This document shows, in pieces, positions 1 through 9,356 of a stretch of 53,503 bases of DNA. The stretch comes from an uncultured Lachnospiraceae bacterium (lineage in GTDB: Bacteria > Bacillota > Clostridia > Lachnospirales > Lachnospiraceae). The notes beneath the pieces were generated by a model. The model was not told the DNA's origin, did no database searches, and was given only the letters and a program-made list of their open reading frames with translations. The position numbers and the translations under genes were made by a program. The stretch is from the NCBI GenBank assembly GCA_964635395.1, contig CAZWNX010000001.1, positions 1 to 53,503 on the forward strand, in the 5' to 3' direction. The stretch's first letter is position 1; every line of letters begins with the position of its first letter.

Positions 1-85
1 TCAACAGTAAAAAAGCCCATAAAATAGGGGATTGTGGCATTTCGCAAACGCCTATGTATATATGAATTAGATAGGAGAGAGTACT

Positions 86-1498
86 TTGAGTAAAGAAAAT
101 CAAGAACTAACGAAAGAAGAGCTGAGAAAAAGAAGACGTAAACATGAACGAATAATGGCCTTTTTAACACTCGCTTCAATTGTAGCGGGAATTCTTGTGG
201 TACTTGTAGTGGTCATCAATATTGCGCTCGCGTTTAGTGGTCATTCAAAAAGTGATAACGAAAAAGACACTAAAAAGAGTGTGTCTGAAAAAGAACAGAC
301 AGAGCAGAATGAGATAAGTGGAAATGAAACGGTGTCTGAAAATGATAATGTATCTAGCAATGGGACAACAAACATTAGTGAAGAAGAACAACTTGAGATT
401 GAAGAGGAAGGAATTCGAGTAGCACTAGATGAGATAGTGGGTGCACAAATTTCGGGAATGACAATTGAAGAGAAAGTTGCAGGTTTGTTTTTTGTTACGC
501 CCTATTCCGTTACTGGTGTAAATAATGCGAAAGAAGCCGGAGAAAGTACAAACGCCGGAATAGGAAAATACCCGGTGGGTGGAATTATATATGATGAAGG
601 AAATATAGATTCAAAAGAACAGTTTATGAGTATGATTCAAAGTACTCAATCTTATAGCATGAGAGCTATGTTTTTTGGTGTTACGGACGAGAGTGGCGGT
701 GATAGTCCGTTTGTAAAGAGTGGGTTATTAGAAGAAAGGATGGCAACAGCAAAAGAAATAGCAGCTGATGGTGGAGTGGCTAAAGCATATGGGGATGCTC
801 TTACAAAGGCTACTTATTTAAGCAATTATGGTATTAATATTAATTTTGCTCCAACATTTGATCCTTTATTAAAAGAAAATGCGTTTATAAAAGAAAACTC
901 CTTTGGCAGTGATATTGATAGTGCGTTATCAATGAGTGTAAGTAGCTTAAAGGGATACGAAGATAAGGGAATGTTTACTTCAATGAAGTATTTTCCGGGC
1001 TACGGTGATTCTACTGTTGATCCACGACGAGGAACAGTAAAAACAGAACGTACGAAGGAAGATTTAATGGATGTTGATTACGAAAACGTTCGATCAGCAG
1101 TTGGGGCAGGGGCTGATTTTATAATGGTTTCCCATGTAGTGGCGCCTAATATTACAGGAGATCCTAAGGTGCCGGCATGTATGTCGAAAGCAATTGTTAC
1201 AGACATGCTTCGTGAAGATTTGAAATTTGATGGGATTATTATTACAGATTATATGAACCAATATGCTATTACAAGAAATTTCAAGCAGGCAGATGCAGCG
1301 GTTAGTGCAATTGAAGCAGGATGTGATATGATTCTTATGCCATCTGATTTTAAGAAATCTTACGAAGGAGTACTGAATGCGATTACGGAAGGGAAATTGA
1401 GCGAAAAGAGAATAGACGAATCATTGACCAGGATTTTTAAAGTGAAATATTATGAGCTTGCGAAGGGAACTTATCTAGCAAATCAAGTTAGTCAATAA
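86..1498 (+). CDS. Membrane-anchored glycoside hydrolase family 3 protein (beta-N-acetylhexosaminidase/NagZ-like)
   Basis: 470-aa ORF with a TTG start. It has a basic N-terminus, one TM helix (FLTLASIVAGILVVLVVVINIAL) and a Ser/Asn/Glu-rich linker. GH3 N-terminal domain signatures follow (KYFPGYGD...DPRRG, IMVSHV, IIITDYM). Confidence 0.8.
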   Translation: MSKENQELTKEELRKRRRKHERIMAFLTLASIVAGILVVLVVVINIALAFSGHSKSDNEKDTKKSVSEKEQTEQNEISGNETVSENDNVSSNGTTNISEEEQLEIEEEGIRVALDEIVGAQISGMTIEEKVAGLFFVTPYSVTGVNNAKEAGESTNAGIGKYPVGGIIYDEGNIDSKEQFMSMIQSTQSYSMRAMFFGVTDESGGDSPFVKSGLLEERMATAKEIAADGGVAKAYGDALTKATYLSNYGININFAPTFDPLLKENAFIKENSFGSDIDSALSMSVSSLKGYEDKGMFTSMKYFPGYGDSTVDPRRGTVKTERTKEDLMDVDYENVRSAVGAGADFIMVSHVVAPNITGDPKVPACMSKAIVTDMLREDLKFDGIIITDYMNQYAITRNFKQADAAVSAIEAGCDMILMPSDFKKSYEGVLNAITEGKLSEKRIDESLTRIFKVKYYELAKGTYLANQVSQ

Positions 1499-1553
1499 TT
1501 GACAGAACGAAGGAAATATAGTATTATTTTCCTTGCAGATAATGCGCAAGAAT

Positions 1554-1625
1554 GCACGAGTGGCTCAGTGGTGGAGTATCGCCTTGCCAAGGCGAGGGTC
1601 GCGGGTTCGAATCCCGTCTCGTGCT
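1554..1625 (+). tRNA. tRNA-Gly (anticodon GCC)
   Basis: Cloverleaf read by eye. Acceptor GCACGAG/CTCGTGC with discriminator T, anticodon stem TCGCC/GGCGA, loop TTGCCAA, T-arm GCGGG-TTCGAAT-CCCGT. CCA is not encoded. Confidence 0.9.
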
Positions 1626-1627
1626 CT

Positions 1628-1667
1628 AACCGTTTGTTGTATGAATTTACAATAGGCGGTTTTTTTG
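1628..1667 (+). terminator. Rho-independent terminator after tRNA-Gly
   Basis: Imperfect hairpin of about 12-14 bp including G:U pairs (aaccgtttgttgta / tacaataggcggtt), followed by a T7 run. Confidence 0.5.
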
Positions 1668-1749
1668 TAATAAGATAAAGATAAATTATGTAAAAAGTGT
1701 TATAATAAATTATTGAAGTATCGTTGTTTTTGAATGTGAGGGATAACAT

Positions 1750-2745
1750 TTGAAAAAGAAAAGATTTTATGGAATTACAGTACTTTTATTTAGTGCCGTA
1801 ATCATTATGGGTTTAATTATTATTGTATTCATTGAGTTTCAGTCCAACCTTGAACGTAAATTGAAAGATTGGAATGAGCTGTATGTAAAGGAAATAGTTG
1901 GACAAGAAACAAGGGAAATTGATTTGTGGTTGAATCATTCGGTGGATAATGTAAAAAGCATTGCATATATGTTTGACTTAAACAGTTTTGAAAATGAAGA
2001 AAGTATTCTACAATCATTACAGGAAGTTGAAGAAATTAGTGACTTTGATAGGGTAAGGTATGTATATGAAAGTGGGAAGAGCATATCGACAGATGGAAGT
2101 ATTATAGATATAAGTGATCGGGACTATTTTAAAAACATGATGCAAGGCGAAGCGGGAGTATCACAAATTGTATTTTCAAAATTTCAAAATGAGCATGTTC
2201 TTGTTATTTATGCACCGATTTTCAATGAGCAAGGAGTGGTAACGAGTGGAATAGCAGGTGTTTATTTTGAAAAATCGCTGAAAGATAAACTTGCATTTAC
2301 GCTTTTTGGAGTTGAACAAGATAGCTTTTTGCTTCGAGAAAATGGTGAAATTGATTTATCAACAAGCGAAGTATATGAAGATAGTATATGGGGATATTTT
2401 GACACGCATAAGCGTGCTTTAGATAATGAGAAAATTAATTTGAAAGAAGTTTTGCTGAATGATTCAAAAACGAAGAATCTAAATGAAGTAAGGTTATTTG
2501 AAACAACAGATGACAAAGCGGGTGGCTATTTTTTAAAGCTTAATGCGGTTGATTACTTCTATTATGTAGATGTGAAGAATAATATGCTGGATAAGAATGA
2601 TCTTGTAGTAAAGAATGTGGTTACGAGACCAATCGGAAAAATTGTTTTAATCATTTTGTTGGCAGTGTGCTTTACAACATTTATTAGAATTTGGATGAAA
2701 CAAGAAGATAATATTATCGTGAAAGACCAAAATGATAATCCATAA
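1750..2745 (+). CDS. Membrane protein with extracytoplasmic Cache-like sensor domain and no recognisable output domain
   Basis: 331 aa, TTG start. An N-terminal TM helix is followed by about 270 aa with Cache-type motifs (DRDYFKNMMQGEAGVSQIVFSKFQNEHVLVIYAPIF), a second TM helix, and only about 20 cytoplasmic residues. Confidence 0.6.
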   Translation: MKKKRFYGITVLLFSAVIIMGLIIIVFIEFQSNLERKLKDWNELYVKEIVGQETREIDLWLNHSVDNVKSIAYMFDLNSFENEESILQSLQEVEEISDFDRVRYVYESGKSISTDGSIIDISDRDYFKNMMQGEAGVSQIVFSKFQNEHVLVIYAPIFNEQGVVTSGIAGVYFEKSLKDKLAFTLFGVEQDSFLLRENGEIDLSTSEVYEDSIWGYFDTHKRALDNEKINLKEVLLNDSKTKNLNEVRLFETTDDKAGGYFLKLNAVDYFYYVDVKNNMLDKNDLVVKNVVTRPIGKIVLIILLAVCFTTFIRIWMKQEDNIIVKDQNDNP

Positions 2746-2783
2746 GCAGAATAATGAGTGGGAATAAGAAATGGAGGAATGGT

Positions 2784-4394
2784 ATGAACATTACATTTAT
2801 CGGAGCAGCACATGAAGTAACGGGAAGTTGTCACTATTTAGAGGTAGCAGGAAAACATATTTTGGTGGACTGCGGAATGGAGCAAGGAGTCAATGTCTAT
2901 GAAAATGCATTGTTACCAGTTGAGGATAATCTCATAGATTATGTCCTTCTAACCCATGCGCATGTTGATCATTCAGGGATGTTACCGAAACTTTATGCAA
3001 ATGGGTTTCGGGGAAAAATATTTATGACCGATGCTAGTGCTGATTTATGCAGTATCATGCTTCGTGATTGTGCGCATATCCAAATGCAGGAAGCGGAGTG
3101 GAAAAATAGAAAGGCAAAAAGAACTAGTAAGAAAGAAATAGTGGAACCTATTTACACAATGGAAGATGCAGATGGGACGATTAAGTTGATTGTTCCATGT
3201 CACTATAATCAGATTTTCGAAGTAGATGATTGTTTGAAAATTCGATTCACTGACATTGGCCATTTACTTGGTTCTTCAAGTATTGAGGTGTGGGTCAAGG
3301 AACAGGACATAACTAAAAAGATTGTATTTTCGGGTGATATAGGAAATGTTAATCAGCCTTTAATTAAGGATCCACAGACAACTTCTGAAGCAGATTTTAT
3401 TGTTATGGAATCTACATATGGAGATCGTTATCATGATAAGAATAGACTTGATTATATAGGTGAACTTGTAAGTGTATTGGAAGAAACCTTTTCTAAGGGG
3501 GGGAATGTGGTAATCCCTTCATTTGCGGTGGGAAGAACGCAAGAAATACTCTATTTTTTGAGAAAAATCAAAGCAGAGCGATTGGTAAGTGATTTCCCTA
3601 ATTTTCCGGTATATGTGGACAGTCCGTTAGCTGTAGAAGCCACAGGGATTTTCCATAAAAATATTTATAGTTGTTTTGATGATGAGGCAATGGAGCTTGT
3701 GTCTAAGGGTATTAATCCAATTACTTTTCCGGGCTTGAATCTTTCTATTACGAGTGATGAATCGAAAGCAATTAATTTTGATGATGTTCCAAAAGTAATT
3801 ATTTCAGCTTCTGGAATGTGTGAGGCTGGAAGAATTAGACATCATTTAAAACATAATTTGTGGAGAAAGGAATGCACGATTTTATTTGTTGGATATCAAG
3901 CAGTTGGAACACTTGGAAGAACGATTATTGATGGAGCTGATCGAGTAAAGCTATTTGGCGAGTCAATTGATATTCGAGCGCAAGTGAAAAAGTTGGTTGG
4001 ATTGTCTGGACATGCGGATAAAGAAGGTTTATTGAAGTGGGTGAATGCATTTGAGAATAAACCGGAGAATATTTTCGTAGTACATGGTGAGGACAAGGTT
4101 TGTGAGTCGTTTCGAGATTGTCTGATTGAAGAGTACGCACTAAATGCGGTTGCACCATTTAGTGGAACGAGGTACAACTTATTAACAAATGAATGTGAAG
4201 TTGTTGGGGCGCCTCTCCAGATTAAAAAGAAAACAAAAGCAGCTTCAGAAATGCTCGATAGATTGCTTTTGGCAGAAAAACGTTTACTTAAAGTGATTCA
4301 AAAGAATGGTGGAATTACAAATAAGGATATGGCGAAATTTGCAGATCAGATTAATTCCTTGGCAGATAAATGGGATCGAAATGACATTGAATAG
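2784..4394 (+). CDS. MBL-fold metallo-hydrolase of the beta-CASP (RNase J/CPSF-like) type
   Basis: HAHVDHSG metallo-beta-lactamase motif, downstream beta-CASP-like region, C-terminal GHAD motif. I prefer the ATG at 2784 (MNITFIGAAHEVTGS) behind the RBS GGAGGA over the track start at 2754. Confidence 0.85.
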   Translation: MNITFIGAAHEVTGSCHYLEVAGKHILVDCGMEQGVNVYENALLPVEDNLIDYVLLTHAHVDHSGMLPKLYANGFRGKIFMTDASADLCSIMLRDCAHIQMQEAEWKNRKAKRTSKKEIVEPIYTMEDADGTIKLIVPCHYNQIFEVDDCLKIRFTDIGHLLGSSSIEVWVKEQDITKKIVFSGDIGNVNQPLIKDPQTTSEADFIVMESTYGDRYHDKNRLDYIGELVSVLEETFSKGGNVVIPSFAVGRTQEILYFLRKIKAERLVSDFPNFPVYVDSPLAVEATGIFHKNIYSCFDDEAMELVSKGINPITFPGLNLSITSDESKAINFDDVPKVIISASGMCEAGRIRHHLKHNLWRKECTILFVGYQAVGTLGRTIIDGADRVKLFGESIDIRAQVKKLVGLSGHADKEGLLKWVNAFENKPENIFVVHGEDKVCESFRDCLIEEYALNAVAPFSGTRYNLLTNECEVVGAPLQIKKKTKAASEMLDRLLLAEKRLLKVIQKNGGITNKDMAKFADQINSLADKWDRNDIE

Positions 4395-4411
4395 TTGAAT
4401 GGAGAGTTAGA

Positions 4412-5260
4412 ATGAGTTATGCAGATGATTTATTTATTCAGATGTGCAAAGATATTTTAGAGAATGGAACAAGTACAGAGGGTGAATTGGTAAGACCAAA
4501 ATGGGAAGACGGTAGTTTTGCTTACACAATAAAGCGGTTTGGTGTTGTTAATCGTTATGATTTATCGAAGGAATTCCCCCTTATTACACTTCGGAAAACA
4601 GCATTAAAAAGTGCTACAGATGAAATTTTATGGATTTGGCAAAAAAAATCAAATAATATTCGCGATTTAAAAAGTCATATCTGGGATGAGTGGGCAGATG
4701 AAAATGGTTCAATAGGTAAGGCATATGGTTATCAATTGGCGGTAAAGCATCAGTATAAGGAAGGATTAATGGATCAAGTGGATCGAGTGATTTATGATTT
4801 GAAGCATAATCCTTATAGTAGACGTATTATGACAAATATATACGTACATGAAGATTTACATGAAATGAATCTTTACCCCTGTGCATATAGTATGACCTTT
4901 AATGTTACGCAGAAAAAGGGGCATGGTAAGTTAACGTTGAATGGTATTTTGAATCAAAGATCCCAAGACGTTTTGGCAGCTAATAACTGGAATGTTGCGC
5001 AATATGCTGTTTTGATGCATATGATAGCGCAGGTTTGCGATATGAATGTTGGTGAATTTGTTCATGTGATTGCGGATGCGCATATCTATGACAGACATAT
5101 TCCGATCATTGAAGAATTAATTAGTAGACCATGTTATGAGGCACCAAAATTTCAGCTTAATCCAGAGGTTAAAGATTTTTATAAGTTTACAACAAAGGAT
5201 ATTTGGATATCGGATTATGTGACGGGACCACAAATTCAAAACATTCCAATTGCTATATGA
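4412..5260 (+). CDS. thyA: Thymidylate synthase
   Basis: 282 aa with ThyA signatures (ILWIWQKKSNN, RRIMTNIY, LYPCAYSMTFNV, NQRSQDV). RBS GGAGAG lies upstream. Confidence 0.95.
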   Translation: MSYADDLFIQMCKDILENGTSTEGELVRPKWEDGSFAYTIKRFGVVNRYDLSKEFPLITLRKTALKSATDEILWIWQKKSNNIRDLKSHIWDEWADENGSIGKAYGYQLAVKHQYKEGLMDQVDRVIYDLKHNPYSRRIMTNIYVHEDLHEMNLYPCAYSMTFNVTQKKGHGKLTLNGILNQRSQDVLAANNWNVAQYAVLMHMIAQVCDMNVGEFVHVIADAHIYDRHIPIIEELISRPCYEAPKFQLNPEVKDFYKFTTKDIWISDYVTGPQIQNIPIAI

Positions 5261-5279
5261 CGAAAGGATACAAGATAAA

Positions 5280-5777
5280 ATGAATTTAATAGTAGCAGTA
5301 GATAGTAATTGGGCAATTGGATACAACAATTCACTTTTGGTTAAGATTCCAAATGACATGAAATTTTTCAGAAACCAGACAACGGGAAAAGTTATTGTGA
5401 TGGGGAGAAAAACATTTGAGAGTTTTCCGCAAAAGCAGCCATTGGGGAATCGAACCAATATTATTTTATCAAGTAATAAAAATTACTCAGTAAAAGGTGC
5501 TATTGTTGTGCATTCAATACCGGAATTGAAGAAAGAGCTTGAAAAGTATCCAGTGGAAGATATTTATGTTATTGGTGGGGACAGTGTCTATAAAGCAATG
5601 ATAGACTATTGTAGCGTAGCGTACGTTACAAAAATTCTTCATGAGTATCAAGCAGATACATATTTCCCAAATCTTGATAACATGAAGGAATGGGTTATGC
5701 GAGAAGAGAGTGAAGAACAGACATATTTCAACTTAGAGTATACCTTTACAAAATATGAAAAAGTAAAACCAGATTAG
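5280..5777 (+). CDS. folA: Dihydrofolate reductase
   Basis: MNLIVAVDSNWAIGYNN...VIVMGRKTFESFP...VIGGDSVY is a classic DHFR pattern. The ATG at 5280 is preferred over the upstream ATG at 5250, which overlaps thyA. Confidence 0.9.
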   Translation: MNLIVAVDSNWAIGYNNSLLVKIPNDMKFFRNQTTGKVIVMGRKTFESFPQKQPLGNRTNIILSSNKNYSVKGAIVVHSIPELKKELEKYPVEDIYVIGGDSVYKAMIDYCSVAYVTKILHEYQADTYFPNLDNMKEWVMREESEEQTYFNLEYTFTKYEKVKPD

Positions 5778-5795
5778 CATGTAATCTGGTTTTTT
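5768..5795 (+). terminator. Rho-independent terminator of thyA-folA, embedded in the 3' end of the convergent gene
   Basis: Perfect 9-bp stem accagatta/taatctggt with loop gcatg, followed by TTTTT. The folA stop (5775-5777) and the minus-strand stop (5774-5776) both lie inside the hairpin. Confidence 0.6.
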
Positions 5796-6865
5796 CCATT
5801 TTGCTTTGCGAGTAATAGTTTCTGGTGTGCCAAAATGATGGTTGCATCAATTCCTTGAAAATCAATATATTCTGTAATGCCGCCACTGATTGTAACGTGA
5901 ATGGGGGTGTCTGTAATATAAAAAGTATAATTGTTTAGATAATTACAAAAATCGTTCAGTGCCACTTGTGAACTTGCGAAAGTTATTTTTTCAAAAGTAA
6001 TCATAAACTCGGTTCCATTCCATCGAGCCAGTGTATTATTTGGAAAACGCTTTGTTAGTAAGGAGGAAAATTCTTTAATCAGTAGATCACCAAATGATAA
6101 ACCGTACATAGAATTGAAGCTTTGAAAAGAGTCGATTGAAATGATGGCAACGGAAAAGGATTCACCCTGCATAGAATACCTATGAGTGAGCTCCGTAAAA
6201 TGTTCTTGCATCGCGTTTCTGTTCAATAAGTTTGTTAAAGGGTCAATAGAATATGCGGTTTTAAGTTTTTTCGAGTTTTGCTCATAGCGTACTACAAACG
6301 AGTGAAACTTCATTGTAAAGTATACGCTTATAAAGATAATGCCTAGTAAAGCAAATAAAGCGTTTGTAATAGAAAAGATGGTTGTAAACAGAAAACGTTT
6401 TGAATCTGAAAATAGAATTGGGGAGGGAAATACTCGAATCATTAAAAAAAGAAGTATGAGAATTAGTAGTTCCCATTTTTTATTGCTGCTAGTAATTGAA
6501 AAGGAAAAAATGGTGAGTAAAATAACCATGATTAGAAATAAATGAAATGAATAATCCCAACCAATAAAGATGCTTAAACAGATTGATGTGGTAGTAATCG
6601 TTGTTTGAAAGATTCTAAGTGATAGGTAATTTTTGTTTTCAAAGGTTGCTAAAAAGCATCCGGCCATTGCAGTGATTGAAAAAAGAACAATAATACTTAG
6701 GTAATAGTGTCCCTCATAAGCGAGTAAAATAGAAGTAAGTGCGTAATATAGAGAAAAAATTAGAGAAAGACATCGAAGTAAGAAAAAAGATTTTAGAGAA
6801 GAAACCCCGTTTTCATAACTTGTACGTATGGAATTAAAAATAGTTCTATATTGTCTACTTTTCAT
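5774..6865 (-). CDS. Multi-pass membrane protein with C-terminal GGDEF domain carrying a degenerate active site (NGTEF)
   Basis: 363 aa. The N-terminal ~190 aa form about 5-6 hydrophobic helices. The GGDEF-domain landmarks are DPLTNLLNR, SIDSFQSFNS and GLSFGD, and RWNGTEF replaces RxGGDEF. Confidence 0.8.
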   Translation of the reverse strand: MKSRQYRTIFNSIRTSYENGVSSLKSFFLLRCLSLIFSLYYALTSILLAYEGHYYLSIIVLFSITAMAGCFLATFENKNYLSLRIFQTTITTTSICLSIFIGWDYSFHLFLIMVILLTIFSFSITSSNKKWELLILILLFLMIRVFPSPILFSDSKRFLFTTIFSITNALFALLGIIFISVYFTMKFHSFVVRYEQNSKKLKTAYSIDPLTNLLNRNAMQEHFTELTHRYSMQGESFSVAIISIDSFQSFNSMYGLSFGDLLIKEFSSLLTKRFPNNTLARWNGTEFMITFEKITFASSQVALNDFCNYLNNYTFYITDTPIHVTISGGITEYIDFQGIDATIILAHQKLLLAKQNGKNQITC

Positions 6866-7031
6866 ATTTTTCAGACCCTTTCATAAGTAAAAATAGTATA
6901 GCATAACTGAAAAAACTAATCTATAAATTAGTGGAAAATATTGACTTTTTGAAATGGGAGTATAATAATGGTTAAGGGTACAAATGTTTATGATTATTAA
7001 CGTTAAAATAGAATATTGAGGAGACAAAAAT

Positions 7032-8099
7032 ATGTTGGATATTAAGATTGAAAGAGCAACGAAATTGAAAGAGATTCCGGGAGAAGATAATCCGTTGCTG
7101 TTTGGTACGATTTTTACGGATCATATGTTTATTATGGACTATGTAGAAGGAAAAGGATGGATTGATCCAAGAATTGTTCCCTATGGTCCAATTGAGTTAG
7201 AACCCTCTGCAATGGTTTTTCATTACGGACAGGAAATGTTTGAAGGGTTAAAAGCATACAAAGGTATTGCTGGAAAAACACTCTTATTTCGACCAGATAA
7301 GAACATTGAACGTGCAAACAATACAAATGAAAGAATTTGTATACCTAAAGTAGATCCTGAAGATTTTTTGCAGGCAATTAAAGCAATTGTAAAAATGGAT
7401 GAGGCATGGGTTCCTACAAAAGAGGGAACATCTTTATATGTAAGACCATTTATTATAGCAACAGATCCGTTTTTAGGCGTTCGGCCTTCGAATACGTATA
7501 AGTTGATGATTATTTTGTGCCCTGTAGGTGCATATTATCCAGAGGGACTCAATCCAGTTAAAATCTGGATTGAAGAAGAGTATGTAAGAGCTGTACGTGG
7601 CGGATTAGGAGAAGCAAAAGCTGGAGCTAATTATGTAGCAAGCCTGAAGGCACAAGTCAAAGCCCATGAAGAAGGATATTCGCAAGTGCTGTGGTTGGAT
7701 GGGGTTGAAAAGAAGTATATCGAAGAAGTTGGAGCGATGAATATATTCTTTAAAATAAGCGGAAAAGTTGTTACACCAATGCTAAATGGTAGTATATTAC
7801 CAGGTGTTACGAGAGATACTTGTATAACATTGTGCAAGAACTGGGGGTTTGAAGTTGAGGAAAGAAGAATTTCAGCTCAGGAATTATTTGATGCGGCATT
7901 GGATGGAAGCCTTGAAGAAGTGTGGGGAACTGGAACGGCAGCGGTTATATCACCAGTTGGTCATTTGAGAGAAGGAAATAATGTGGTACAGATAGCGGAT
8001 GGTGGAATTGGCGAATTGAGTCAACGCTTGTATGATACAGTGACAGGAATTCAGTTAGGAAAACTGGATGGTCCAAGTGGATGGGTAGTAGAAATTTAG
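7032..8099 (+). CDS. ilvE: Branched-chain amino acid aminotransferase
   Basis: 355 aa, class IV aminotransferase pattern (FEGLKAY, YVRP, GEAKAGANY, ILPGVTRD). RBS GAGGAG lies upstream. Confidence 0.95.
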   Translation: MLDIKIERATKLKEIPGEDNPLLFGTIFTDHMFIMDYVEGKGWIDPRIVPYGPIELEPSAMVFHYGQEMFEGLKAYKGIAGKTLLFRPDKNIERANNTNERICIPKVDPEDFLQAIKAIVKMDEAWVPTKEGTSLYVRPFIIATDPFLGVRPSNTYKLMIILCPVGAYYPEGLNPVKIWIEEEYVRAVRGGLGEAKAGANYVASLKAQVKAHEEGYSQVLWLDGVEKKYIEEVGAMNIFFKISGKVVTPMLNGSILPGVTRDTCITLCKNWGFEVEERRISAQELFDAALDGSLEEVWGTGTAAVISPVGHLREGNNVVQIADGGIGELSQRLYDTVTGIQLGKLDGPSGWVVEI

Positions 8100-8192
8100 G
8101 ATAATTAGTTGGCTTTTATGAATTGGTGGGGTGGTATCCGTTGGGTTTCCACTCCATTATTAGGGTAATCAATCTGAAAATTGAAAACTAGC

Positions 8193-8220
8193 TTGACATA
8201 TCTTGAAAATGATGTATTAT
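8193..8220 (+). promoter_or_regulatory. Putative sigma-A promoter of the GntR/ABC operon
   Basis: TTGACA (8193-8198), 16-nt spacer, TATTAT (8215-8220). Confidence 0.45.
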
Positions 8221-8286
8221 TGTATTAAGTGATTAGAACAATAAAACAAATCATGATAGAAATAGCATATGGAAAGGAGTGATTAA

Positions 8287-8658
8287 ATGTCATGGAACTT
8301 AAATAATGACAAACCAATTTATGCACAAATCGTAGAGCGAATTCAACGGCAAATTATTTCTGGATTTTATAAAGCAGGCGACAAATTGCCAAGCGTAAGA
8401 GATTTTGCGGCAGACGCCGGAGTGAATCCGAATACGATGCAAAAAGCTTTTGTTGAACTTGAAAGAAGTGGATTGATTGTAACGGTTCGTACAAGTGGGA
8501 GAACAGTGACAGAAGATGAGGGGTTGATTTTAGCAGTGAAAACAGAAATTGCAAAAGAACAGGTTCAGGATTTTTTGTTAAAGATGAAGGAATTTGGCTT
8601 TTCGTCAAAAGAAATTCTAGATTTATTAAATGCTTTACTTAAGGAGGAGAGGGAATGA
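8287..8658 (+). CDS. GntR-family (YtrA-like, short) transcriptional regulator
   Basis: 123 aa. Winged-HTH pattern PIYAQIVERIQRQIISGFYKAGDKLPSVRDFAADAGVNPNTMQKAF with a short C-terminal helical tail. It overlaps the next gene by 4 nt. Confidence 0.85.
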   Translation: MSWNLNNDKPIYAQIVERIQRQIISGFYKAGDKLPSVRDFAADAGVNPNTMQKAFVELERSGLIVTVRTSGRTVTEDEGLILAVKTEIAKEQVQDFLLKMKEFGFSSKEILDLLNALLKEERE

Positions 8659-9356
8659 GTTCGTTAGTTGAGTGTATTGGGCTCTCAAAATCATATACTG
8701 CTCAGAAAATGGCAGTGAGTAGTTTGAATATTAAAATTGAAAAAGGTCATATTATTGGGTTATTAGGACCAAACGGAAGTGGCAAAACAACGCTGATTAA
8801 AATGATTAATGGGTTGTTAACACCAACAGAAGGTGAAATATTGATAAATGGATATGCGCCAGGTGTTGAAAGCAAAAAAAAGGTTTCTTATCTACCTGAA
8901 AAGACCTACTTATCAGCGCAAAAGACGGTACAATCACTTCTCGATTTTTTTGAAGAGTTTTATGATGATTTTGATAAAGAGCGTGCATATAAAATGATTG
9001 AGTCTTTGAAAATAAATCCAGAAGACGCTCTAAAAACCATGTCAAAAGGAACAAAAGAAAAAATTCAATTGATTTTGGTAATGAGTCGTAATGCTGATTT
9101 ATACGTTTTAGATGAGCCAATTGCTGGAGTGGATCCAGCAGCAAGGGATTATATCATTAAAACAATTATTTCGAATTTTAATCCAGAAGCTTCACTAATC
9201 ATATCAACCCATTTGATTACGGATATTGAAAACATTTTGGATGAAGTGATTTTGATTAAGGATGGAATAATGGTTGAGCATGCGAGCGTTGAAGAATTAA
9301 GAGAACGTGAAGGAAAATCTGTGGACTCTTATTTTAGGGAGGTATTTGCATGTTAA
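8655..9356 (+). CDS. ABC transporter ATP-binding protein
   Basis: Walker A GPNGSGKTT, Walker B LYVLDEP, degenerate signature MSKGTKEK. Translationally coupled to both flanking genes. Confidence 0.9.
   Translation: MSSLVECIGLSKSYTAQKMAVSSLNIKIEKGHIIGLLGPNGSGKTTLIKMINGLLTPTEGEILINGYAPGVESKKKVSYLPEKTYLSAQKTVQSLLDFFEEFYDDFDKERAYKMIESLKINPEDALKTMSKGTKEKIQLILVMSRNADLYVLDEPIAGVDPAARDYIIKTIISNFNPEASLIISTHLITDIENILDEVILIKDGIMVEHASVEELREREGKSVDSYFREVFAC

Noticed and set aside
1492-1749. 85-aa minus-strand ORF
   Set aside because: It runs antisense through tRNA-Gly(GCC), its terminator and the next promoter. It is an artefact of an AT-rich intergenic region.
6941-6966. TTGACT ... TATAAT promoter-like pair upstream of ilvE
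   Set aside because: The spacer is only 14 nt, too short for a functional sigma-A promoter as drawn. The real -35 element is unclear, so I did not report it as a feature.
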